This document shows, in pieces, positions 29,178 through 40,500 of a stretch of DNA of 64,000 bases. Positions within the stretch are counted from its first letter, which is position 1. Each line of letters starts with the position of its first letter. Both the position numbers and the translations under genes were made by a program. The stretch covers positions 1 to 64,000 of the forward strand of contig JAEOTS010000025.1 in assembly GCA_016839745.1 (NCBI GenBank), given 5' to 3'. The stretch comes from Promethearchaeota archaeon. GTDB lineage: Archaea > Asgardarchaeota > Lokiarchaeia > Sigyniarchaeales > SOKP01. Under the pieces are notes generated by a model. That model was not told the DNA's origin. It made no database searches and saw only the letters and a program-made list of their open reading frames with translations.

Positions 29178-29687
29178 ATGAAAATAGTTATAGTTCTTGC
29201 AATGCATGGCATGCCACCTAATGATTTTCCTCAAAAAGAAACTCTTGACTATTTTATGCTCCATTCTAGATTAGAAAACATGCCAGGACCTCCACCTCCA
29301 AATATGCAAAAACAATACGAAGAATTAGACACTAAAATGCGAAAATGGCCTCGAACTAAGGAAAATGATCAATACTATTTAACTTCAAATGAAATAGCTG
29401 CTACTCTTTCAAATCAGACAAGCTTTAGTGTTGTAGTGGGATTTAACGAATTTTGTTCTCCATCTCTGGATGAGGCATTTGAGGAAGCATTACAACTAAA
29501 TCCTGATAAAATTATTGTTGTTACTCCTATGATGACTCAAGGGGGCGAACATTCTGAAAAAGACATCCCTGAAGCAATTGAACGAGCAAAAAAGAAAAAT
29601 CCTAACATTAAGTTTTCTTATGTATGGCCCTTTGATATTTCTAAAATAGCAGCATTCTTAGCAGAACAAATTAGGGATTATTCTTAA
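29178..29687 (+). CDS. CbiX/SirB-like chelatase-fold protein
   Basis: LAMHG, GFNEFCSPS, PMMTQGGEHSEKDIP. Confidence 0.8.
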   Translation: MKIVIVLAMHGMPPNDFPQKETLDYFMLHSRLENMPGPPPPNMQKQYEELDTKMRKWPRTKENDQYYLTSNEIAATLSNQTSFSVVVGFNEFCSPSLDEAFEEALQLNPDKIIVVTPMMTQGGEHSEKDIPEAIERAKKKNPNIKFSYVWPFDISKIAAFLAEQIRDYS

Positions 29688-29700
29688 GATTTAGTCAAAT

Positions 29701-30354
29701 TTACATTTCGAACATTACTTTTTTTTTAATTATTTTCCTAAGAGTAACAGATAGAGCAGACTTGGACTTCCCTAACTCGTTAGCTAATTCCTCTAAAGAA
29801 ATTTTTCTCGGAATTTCAAAAAATCCTGAAGAAATAGCTTTATTCAAGATTGTTGATTCGTCTAGAGTTAATTTATTCTTATCGTCGTCAACACTATAAG
29901 GAGAAGTCCCAATTCTGAGGAGTGTATAATTGATGCCTTTCTGTTCAAAAAGATTTAATAGATCGTCTATTCTTTCCCTACTTGACACTAACCTCCAGTA
30001 AGCGTATCCTTCTCTTACTCGAACTGGAAAGTTAACTAAAACACCACATTTGATTATTGCATATAATAAAAATGGATCCTTTGTTTTTACATTAAACTTT
30101 ACTCGCGTCTCTTCTTTTTCCATAACGCTAATTTCAATAACAGATTTATGGTGCGTAATTTCTTCTATTATTAAATCGATGCTGTGATGAAAAATCTCAA
30201 TGATTGAATTTCCAATGGATTTTTCAAAATCATAAGGAAGAAAGTGTTCAATTTCCATTCGCACATCATGAAATTTTTTGAAGATTTCCGATATCCATAG
30301 TTGGTCTGGAAACTTAATCTTAATCCTTGCTAGACTCGATTTCGATGAATTCAT
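29701..30354 (-). CDS. Bat/HTH_10-family transcriptional regulator
   Basis: C-terminal AISSGFFEIPRKISLEELANELGKSKS motif. Confidence 0.88.
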   Translation of the reverse strand: MNSSKSSLARIKIKFPDQLWISEIFKKFHDVRMEIEHFLPYDFEKSIGNSIIEIFHHSIDLIIEEITHHKSVIEISVMEKEETRVKFNVKTKDPFLLYAIIKCGVLVNFPVRVREGYAYWRLVSSRERIDDLLNLFEQKGINYTLLRIGTSPYSVDDDKNKLTLDESTILNKAISSGFFEIPRKISLEELANELGKSKSALSVTLRKIIKKKVMFEM

Positions 30355-30443
30355 CGTAATTAGTAATAACCAAGAATTTAAAACATTTTTTAGAATTAAA
30401 ATAAAAAATAATAAATAAAGAAAGAAATAGCTATATTGTAACT

Positions 30444-31043
30444 ATGGTGGAAAATAAGAATTTGCTTTTAGGAATCTGTGGAAGTCCCAGAAAACAAGGA
30501 ACTGCTTATGCCGTTGAATATGCCTTGACTTACGCTTCCGAAAAATTTGAGTTTGACACTGAATTCTGGACAGTAAGAGGAAAGGAAATCAAGTATTGCA
30601 CGCACTGCGACTATTGTATTAGAGAGAAAAAAGGATGCATAAATGAAGATGATGTTCAAAAACTTTATCATATGTTAGAAGAAGCCAAATTTTTGCTCAT
30701 AGGTACACCGGTGTTTCAAGGTAATCTTTCAGGGCAACTCAAAACTATATTAGATCGCTGTCGTGGATTAGTCGCTAAAAATCCTAATGTTTTTAAGGGT
30801 AAATATGGAATTGCGCTTGCAGTGGGGGGAGATCGAAGCGGAGGGCAAGAAATTGCGATTAGAAGCGTTTTAGATTTCTACCAACAAAATCATATAATAT
30901 CCGTTTCGGGTGGTGCGTTTGGAGCTAATTTGGGTGCTTCTTTATGGAGTAGGGATAATGGCAAGGAAGGAGTTCAAAAAGATCAAGAGGGATTAAAAAC
31001 AATTAGGAAAGTCATAAAAAGATTAGCAGAGTTTAAAGAATAG
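30444..31043 (+). CDS. Iron-sulfur flavoprotein (Isf) family
   Basis: GSPRK, CTHCDYC...C, GTPVF, GGDRSGGQE. Confidence 0.9.
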   Translation: MVENKNLLLGICGSPRKQGTAYAVEYALTYASEKFEFDTEFWTVRGKEIKYCTHCDYCIREKKGCINEDDVQKLYHMLEEAKFLLIGTPVFQGNLSGQLKTILDRCRGLVAKNPNVFKGKYGIALAVGGDRSGGQEIAIRSVLDFYQQNHIISVSGGAFGANLGASLWSRDNGKEGVQKDQEGLKTIRKVIKRLAEFKE

Positions 31044-31367
31044 AAAAGAAAAATAATTGTACTTATTGTACCCTATTTAACTCCAAAGAGTTTCTTAGCT
31101 TCTTTTTCTCTGAGTCCTGAGATACCCCAGAGCTCTTTAAACCAATATTTTCCATCCATAATTACAACTGGCGTATTTACAATACACCCATCTGCGTCAC
31201 AGAAAGTTTTGGTGAAATTTTTATCGTGTAACAGCTTATGAACGAATTCTTCGTCGTCTATATCATGTTCTATATACTCGACATTGTGTTTGCGGCCAAT
31301 CTTTCAATTCTGTACATCTTGAGCAATCAGTTTTTGATATTATTATTGGAATTTGCATTTTTGACAT
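30613..31367. repeat. Left copy of a diverged direct duplication (isf 3' part + grx)
   Basis: Aligns by eye, colinearly, with 44974-45730. Confidence 0.9.
31073..31367 (-). pseudogene. Frameshifted glutaredoxin-like gene (copy of 45434-45730)
   Basis: 295 nt versus 297 nt; 2-nt deletion after the Trp codon near 31295 (TGG C CGC AAA versus TGG CTT CAT AAG); CSRC motif retained. Confidence 0.85.
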
Positions 31368-31570
31368 ATTAATCTACCTTAATATTAATTTTGTTTTTAA
31401 TTGTATTATAAAAACATGATGTAAAAAAACTTATTTCCCTAAATTATAAATAAACTTTAATCTTTTTCAACAAAATACTTGCGAAATTTCAATTTTTTTT
31501 ATAATTTCTTGGTCTCTCGTTATTCTCTATTAACCGGATAAAAAAAAGTTACCAGTGTTTCTAAAATGAA

Positions 31571-34500
31571 TTATTTAAAGAATTTGTTGCCTCTTGACCG
31601 CATAATCTCTTGATAAAGATTCTTGATAAAAATATTAAATTGTTTTTTATCATATTTAACATTCAAGAAGTGTCCTAATATGGTTGGAATGTCATCCAAT
31701 TTTTCATAAACAGGAATAATTGTAATTAAATCCTTTTTCCTTTTTTCGAATGCTACTTGCCATTCATCTTTTACAGAAGCTGATTTCATAGAATTTTCAC
31801 TACAAAATAACACAAATACATCATATTCTTTGAGCGTTTCATCCATAAATTCCGTATAATCTGCAACTTTTTGTGCTTTATCCGATTCCCAATACATTAC
31901 TTTATCAATCTCTGGGTATTCTTCTAAACTTTTTATAACACTTAAAATTTGGAAGTGATCAATATCCAGAGTAGAATAACTTATGAAAATATTAAGCTCT
32001 TTGAATTTCTCAGGCAATAATTTAGAAACTATAGCTTTTGGTTTTATTTCTTGAGAGCGAACTTCTTCTAATAGAAGGTCCGAATCATCCCTGTCAAGAT
32101 TTAGCATCTCCCATTCTCTATAAATTTTTATGAATTGTTTAATTTGTTCGATATTCGATTGTTTGTCAAAAGCAACTGCTTTCGATTTTGAAAAGTATTC
32201 ACCATTAATCTCATTATTTTGAATCATTTCTTGTAAGACTTCAATAATGAAATCATCATCACTTATTCCAGTTTGTTCACTAATGTCAGTTATTTCTAAT
32301 CTCGCAAATTTTGTAGCTAAATTTAAAACAATTCTTTTTATTATATTAATCATTTCTAAATGTTTACTATTACATTGAGTGATTTTTTCATCACATTCGT
32401 TTAACATTTCGAATAGACCATATACTTTGCATAAATCTTTGATTTCTTCAAGGTCTTTCAGTGCATCTTTTACACTTTTTTCCTCTATCAGATGATCAAC
32501 AGTTAACAACCTATTATGAAGTTTTTGTTCGATTTTAATTTTCTTTTTGTCATATACTTTTATTTCTCTTCCTTTTTTTGGAATAATTACTCTCTTCCGA
32601 ACAACTACGAAACTTACTCCAGCTATACTAATTATACTAACAACAGTCATAATGATTACAATTAAATAATCTGGTTTCGTTATTACAGTATTTCCTTGAA
32701 ATGTATTTCCAAAACTATCTTCCTCAACATAAGCTTCATCATTTAAGTAGAAATAATTTTCAGTTATTGAATTATTGTTAGATTGTTTAAAGAATAATCC
32801 GAATTGATTACTTCCTAGGAAACTTCCACTGATGATGTTACTGTGACTCAATAATAGATAAATACCCCAACGGTTATAACTTATTGTTTCTGTATTGTTT
32901 ATAATGGAAATCAAACGACTTTCATTCAAGAAAATACCCGCTAACTTATTATGGTTCATATTACTTTCTAATATCGTGATATTCTCACAATCGTATAAAC
33001 ATACTCCATGTCCATTATTATTCGAGCAATCCAGATTAATTAATATAGCATTAGAAACATGCTCTAATTTAAGTCCTGCATCATTAAATCCTCCACCTGA
33101 GTTATGTAAAATACTATATCTTACAATGAAAAACGCAATAGAATTTCTAATTATTAAATTACTTCCAGTATTCTGACCATCAATTACTAAAAATTCAATA
33201 ATATATGGATCATTCCAAGTGCCTGAACCAAAGCACCACTCTTGAGCTTCTGCTTGATCCCAAGTGTAATTACCTGCACCAGTATCGTCAATAGTAGTAG
33301 TTTCCAAAACAACATAATCTGGGACTTTTTTAATAGATACATTTTGATAGCCGATATTTCCTACCAAATCAGCAGCATAAAAATGAATAAAAATTGTTTC
33401 AATCGGACCAGTAATAAAATTATCCCAAAGCCCTTGATCTATCTTTCCTGTTAAATCTGAAAAAGTATAATTACCTGTTATATATGTATCGTTAGATAGG
33501 GAATACCATGTGAGATCTAAATTTCCCTCAGTGATAGAAAGATTAAATTCAGGACTACTTAGTTGAAATGTCTCGTCTAATATTGGATTATGAATTGTAA
33601 TCACTGGTATTTCGATATCTTTCCCAACCATTATATCCATAAAGCTTAAAGTCCCTAAAGTATTATTTGCGTAAAATCTTATTATTACTGTTCCGTTTCC
33701 TAGAGCATCCCATTCAGCCTGATCTATAGTACCATTAGCTATAAATGTAATATTTGTGAGTCCTCCATCAAGTGTATACCACATCGAATCTATGCCATTA
33801 ACATTAGATATTTCTACATTAAAAATCGGAGGATTGTACCTAAATAAACTATTAGTAATTGGTGTATTTATTAAAATGGTTGGACCTGATAAAATATCTT
33901 TCCTGACCACAATTGAATTGGAGGCTAGATTCCCTAGGGTGTCATTCCCATAGAAAGTGATTGTTACTGTTCCATTTACTTGAGCATCCCATTCTGTCTG
34001 GTCTATGGAGCCATTAGTTATAAATATAATATTTGTGAGCCCGCCATCAAGCGTATACCACATCGTGTCAATACCATTAATAGCAGTTATTATCACATTG
34101 AAATTTGGCGCAAGAATTCCAAAAAGTTCATTAAGAATTGGAGATATGATGAAGATGTTTGGCAATTGGATATCCTTCCTAACCACAACAGAATTAGAGG
34201 CTAAATTCCCAACGGTATCATTTGCATAGAAAGTTATAGTTACAGTACCATTTGCTTGATTATCCCATTCAATTGGATCTATGGTACCATTGATTGTAAA
34301 TGTAATATTTATGAACCCGCCATCAAGCGTGTACCACATCATATCCACACCATTGATATCCGAGATTTCTACATTAAAAGTGGGGGGGAGAGGTCCAAAG
34401 AGCTCATTTGGTATAGGTGAATTAATGGTAATATTCGGAATTTCGATATCTTTTCGAACTACTACGGAATTAGAAGCTATATTCCCTAAGGTATCGTTTG

Positions 34501-37500
34501 CGTAGAAAATTATGGTAACGGTTCCATTTGATAGAGCATCCCATTCTGTCTGATCAATTGTCCCATTAGTTATAAATGTAATATTGGTTATACCTCCATC
34601 AAGTGTATACCACATTGTATCTACAATATTAATAGCAGTTATTTCTACATTATAGTTCGGAGAAGTATACCCAAACAAGTTATTTGAAGCTGGAGTATTT
34701 ATTAAAATGGTTGGACCAGATAAAATATCTTTCCTAACTACTAAAGAATTGGAAGCTAGATTCCCTAGGGTGTCATTCCCATAGAAAGTGATGGTTACAG
34801 TTCCATTCCCTTGAGCATCCCATTCTGTCTGATCTATTGTTCCATTAGCTATAAATGTTATATTAGTTAAACCTCCATCAAGTGTATACCACATTGTATC
34901 TATTCCGTTGATATCCGAAATTTCCACAGTAAAATTTGGTGCAAGGGCTCCAAAGAGCTCGTTTGGAAGGGGGAAATTAATGATAATATTTGGTAATTCG
35001 ATATCCTTACGTACTACAACAGAACTAGAAGCTAAATTCCCAACGGTATCATTTGCATAGAATATGATGGTAAGAGTTCCATTTGATTGAGCATCCCATT
35101 CAGTCTGGTCTATGGTACCATTGGTTATAAATGTAACATTAGTTATACCTCCGTCAAGCGTATACCACATTGCACCTATTCCATTGATATCGGTAATTTC
35201 TACAGTAAAAGATGGCGCAAGAGATCCAAAGAGCTCATTTGGTAAAGGTGAAATAATGTTAATATTAGGAACTTCGATATCCTTCCGAACTACAACAGAA
35301 CTAGAGTCAAAATTTCCAATGGTATCATTAGCATAGAATGTGATGGTAACAGTCCCATTTGATTGAGCATCCCATTCTGTCTGATCAATGGTTCCATTGG
35401 TTATAAATGTAATATTCGTGAGCCCGCCATTAAGTGTATACCACATTGTATCTATTCCATTGATATCAGCAATTTCTACAGTAAAAGTTGGTGCAAGAGA
35501 TCCAAAGAGCTCATTTGGTAAAGGAGAAATAATAAAAATATTAGGAGCTTCGATATCCTTCCGAACTACAACAGAATTAAAGGCTAGATTTCCTAGGGTG
35601 TCATTCCCATAAAAAGTTATGGTTATGGTTCCATTCCCTTGAGCATCCCATTCGATCTGATCAATGTTCCCGTTAGCTATAAACGTGATATTTATGAGCC
35701 CGCCATCAAGTGTATACCACATCGTATCTATTCCGTTGATATCCGTAATTTCAACGTTAAAAGTTGGTGCGATAACTCCAAAGAGCTCATTAGGAAGAGG
35801 TGAATTTATGATAATATCTGGCAATTCGATATCTTTCCTAACAATTACAGAATTAGAAGCTAAATTCCCAATAGTATCATTTGCATAGAAATTGATCGTA
35901 ACGGTACCATTTACCCGATTATCCCATTCTGTCTGATCAATGGTCCCATTGGTTATAAATGTAATATTCGTGAGCCCGCCATCAAGTGTATACCACATTG
36001 TATCTATTCCATTGATATCCGAAATTTCTACTGAAAAAATTGGCGCCAGGGATCCAAAGAGCTCATTAGGAAGAGGTGAATTTATGAAAATATCTGGCAA
36101 TTCGATATCTTTCCTAACAATTACAGAATTAGAAGCTAAATTCCCAACGGTATCATTTGCATAGAATGTGATGGTAACAGTTCCATTTGATTGAGCATCC
36201 CATTCAGTCTGGTCTATAGTACCATTGGTTATAAATGTAATATTCGTGAGCCCGCCATCAAGTGTATACCACATTGTATCTATTCCGTTGATATCGGTAA
36301 TTTCCACAGTAAAGGTTGGTGCAAGAGATCCAAAAAGCTCATTTGGTAAAGGAGAAATAATAAAAATATTAGGAAGTTCGATATCTTTCAGAATTACAAC
36401 AGAATTAAAGGCTAGATTTCCTATGGTATCATTCGCATAAAAATTTATAGTTAGGGTGCCATTTCCTTGAGCATCCCATTCAGTCTGGTATATAGTACCA
36501 TTGGTTATAAATGTAATATTCGTGAGCCCGCCATCAAGTGTATACCACATTGTATCTATTCCGTTGATATCCGTTATTTCAACATTAAAAGTTGGTGCAA
36601 TAACTCCAAAGAGCTCATTTGGAAGAGGTGAATTTATGATAATATTTGGTAGTTCGATATCTTTCCTAACTGCTACTGAATTAAAGGCTAGGTTTCCAAT
36701 AGTATCATTTGCATAGAAAGTGATCGTAACGGTACCATTTACCCGATTATCCCATTCTGTCTGATCAATGGTTCCATTAGCAATAAATGTAATATTTGTG
36801 AGGCCTCCATCGAGTGTATACCACATCATATCTATTCCATTGATATCCGAAATTTCTACATCAAACGATGGCGCAAGAGACCCAAAGAGCTCATTTAGTA
36901 AAGGTGAATTAATATTTATATCTGGTATTTCGACGTCCTTCCGAACTACAACAGAATTAGAAGCTAAATTCCCAACGGTATCATTTGTATAGAAAATGAC
37001 GGTAATCGTTCCATTTACTTGATTATCCCATTCAATTTGGTCTATGGTACCATTGGTTATAAATGTAATATTAGTTAAACCTCCGTCAAGCGTGTACCAC
37101 ATTACATCTATTCCGTTGATATCAGTAATTTCCACAATATAAGTTGGCGTTAGGACTCCGAAAAGTTCATTTGATAAAGGAGAAATAATAATAATATCTG
37201 GCGCTACGATATCTTTCCTAACTAAAACAGCAGCAGAGGCCAGCTTTCCAAGTGTACCATTCACATAGAAAGTAATTAATACTGTTCCATTTGCTAATTT
37301 ATTCCATTCAATCTGATCAATAGTCCCATTAGCTATAAATGTAATATTTGTGAGACCACCATCAAGCGTATACCACATTGTATCTACGCCATCTGTATCG
37401 TTTATTTCTACATTAAAATTTGGAGAAGTGATCCCAAATAAACTGTTTGAAATCGGCGCATTTATTACAACAGTTGGAACCGATTCAATTCCATCATCCC

Positions 37501-40500
37501 ATATTGGAAAATTATCTTGACTTCCTGCGGTACCAGGTATTAAATATGGACTATCTCCTATTCCATCATCATTTGCATCTACTCCTCCATAATCATCCCA
37601 ATAATTACCAATAGTTCCATTATCCCAATCATTATTCGTTCCATTATCGAGTGCGTTGATACCATTTCCTATAATTAAATTATTAAAAATTAAAGAATAA
37701 TTAGCTTCTGTTAAAAAAAATCCATAATTAATAGTATTATTTATGGTGTTTCCCGAAATAACATTATCAATATTTTCGAATAAATATATTCCATAGAGGT
37801 CATAGTTATTTACTATATTATTCGAGATTATGTTACTACTACTATTAAGAAGTATTCCTATCCCAAAACCAGTTGGAAACCAGTTGGAATTAATGGTGTT
37901 TCCTGTAATACTGTTATTATTACTATACAATGAAACTATCCCAAAGTTGTTACTATTTAAGGTGTTTCCTGTAATGTTATTATTATTACACTCGCTTATC
38001 CATATACCATAATAGTTTCCTGAAATCGAGTTGTTTCCTGAAATTGAGTTATTTACACTCCTTCCCAGGTATATCCCACGAGAATTATTTGAACAATTGT
38101 TTCTTGTAGATAGTGAATTAGTAACATTAACCAATTCAATCCCCGCTCTTGTTGAATTGAATACAGTACAATTTTCAATTCTAAAATATACATCAGAATT
38201 TTCAATGTAAATACAACTAACCGAATTGTTTTGAGCATTAATTGCTAAATCTTCTATTACATAAGGATCCGAACTTGTACCCTGTCCAGTACACTTTCCT
38301 GCATCTTTAAAATATTGCCACTCTTGATTACCCTCTAAATAAATAGTCTGTGGAGCTATTGCACTGTCCTGTGTCACATCATAAAAGCTTAATATCCCCA
38401 ACGCATTCGATTGAAATCCAAGAATATGACTTCGATAGGCGTCATAATTATACGGAATACAACCATATGCCCATGGCATATCATCTTCAACTAAAAGTTG
38501 TTGGATTCTTTCGTAAAATACTTTCCTTGCATTTGGATCAGTTTCGAATAATGCTGCTTCCATTAAAAGCTGCACATTGGCCCAAGGATCAAATGGATCT
38601 CTACCCGCTCCCATTGCTGCTGTATAACCATTATATTGAACTCCATTATATGCGATAGATCTATTAGTGAAATGTGGGTTGATATAATTGCTTGGATCAA
38701 CATAATCAGGACCCCATCCCATCCAAAAGAGTTCCAGCATATTTCTTGTATAGGGAGGAATTTCAACCAATCTATAAAAATAATCCGTCCAGGTCATGCC
38801 CTCATCAGTAACTTCGATTCCTATTTTATCAAGATTATTTTGCAATAAAGGTAAAATATTTTCGCGAAGGGTGTTACCTATATTATAAGTATAATTGAAA
38901 GTGCGGAATGATGCGGCAGACCATAGAGCCTCATCCATTCCGGGGTAATTTGCGTCCCATCCTATTCCAAAGCCCATACTTTGCATGATTTCTCTAGCTT
39001 GTGTTATGTTGTATATTGCAACATCAAAGGACCAATTGGCGTAGGGCATATTTTCAGGTATAGGCGACTTTAATCTTACGGCATTTCCTCCATATAATTC
39101 ATCAATAATGTAAGAGTAGTTTATTGCATACGAAATTGCTTTTCGCCATGTATTATTAATAATTTGATTATTCATACCGAGATATTGAACAATCATGCTT
39201 TGTCCAGCGTTAAATAACGTAATATCGGGATCAGCATCAAAAGTTGAAAACATTGAAGTCAATGGATCAACCAGTAAGTCAACTTCACCTGATAACAGTG
39301 CGTTATTTCTGTCTACTGCATCTGGAATAATGGAAAATTTAAGGATGGAAACATTGGCTTTTCCTGCCCAGTAATTCTCAAAAGCGTGAAACTTTACTTC
39401 ATTATCAGGTAAATAATGATCATAAACAAACGGACCTGTCCCTATTAAATCACCTGTAGTGGTATTAATAGCTGCAAATTGAGGTGTAGATATAGGAGAT
39501 AGAATATATGAACCAGGAAAGCACAATAAATTATCAAATACACCATAAGGTTTATTCAACTCGAATCTAATTGTATATTCATCTACAATTACAGTATCGT
39601 TAATAATAGGAAAATACATACTAACATCAGGATCATAATATTGATAAAGTTCAGCCGCATAAGCCATAGTATTATTTATGAAGTATGCTAACCTATCAAA
39701 AGAAAATTTTACTGCAGTCGCGTTAAATTTAGTTCCATCGTGGAAAATTACATTAGACCTGAGAGAAACAGTGTACCATGTGTCTGTGGAATTGATCATC
39801 CATGTACCCATTGATGTTGCAAGATTTGGTATAACTGGTAAATTAGGATCCGATATTTTATATTTAAATAAACCCTCACACACTTGATATATTACATCAA
39901 ATGATACTGTATCATAAGCAACGTGAGGATCAAGATCAAATGGACCATAAGCAGTACCAAAAACAATTTTAAATATATCATCTCCTTGGTCGATCCCATC
40001 ATCCCAAATTGGAAAGTTATCTTGACTTACTGTTGGGCCAGATATTGGATAAGATGTATCCCCCATTCCGTCATCATTTTCATCTACTCCTGGATAATCA
40101 TCCCAAAAATTACCAAGACTTCCATTATCCCATGAATTGCTAATCAAACTTTCAAAAGCATTGATATTATTTGAGATAAATGAATTGTTATAAATTAGAA
40201 TGCTATTACTATTATTTACATTCATTCCATATTGAACATTATTATTTACATTATTACCAGTGATGGTAAAGTTGGTATTAAGATTGAATAGATGTATCCC
40301 TACGCCGTTATTTGAACAATTGTTCCCAATTATTTGTCCATTACTAGCATTTAGCAATTTAATTCCTGCATCTGCAGAATTAAATAATGTACAATTTTCA
40401 ATTCTAAAATATACCTCAGAATTTTCAATAAAAATACAACTAACAGATTCATTTTGGCCATCGATTACTAAATCTTCGATTACATAAGGATCAGAAATTG

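Noticed and set aside
33756-36992. Series of similar 65-74 aa + strand ORFs at 276-nt spacing
   Set aside because: Antisense shadows of the Ig-like repeats in the 3619-aa gene; not a separate gene array
33325-37477. Possible CRISPR array or DGR template/variable repeats
   Set aside because: Units are contiguous 276-bp in-frame coding repeats with no unique spacers; no cas or reverse transcriptase gene; differences are not adenine-specific
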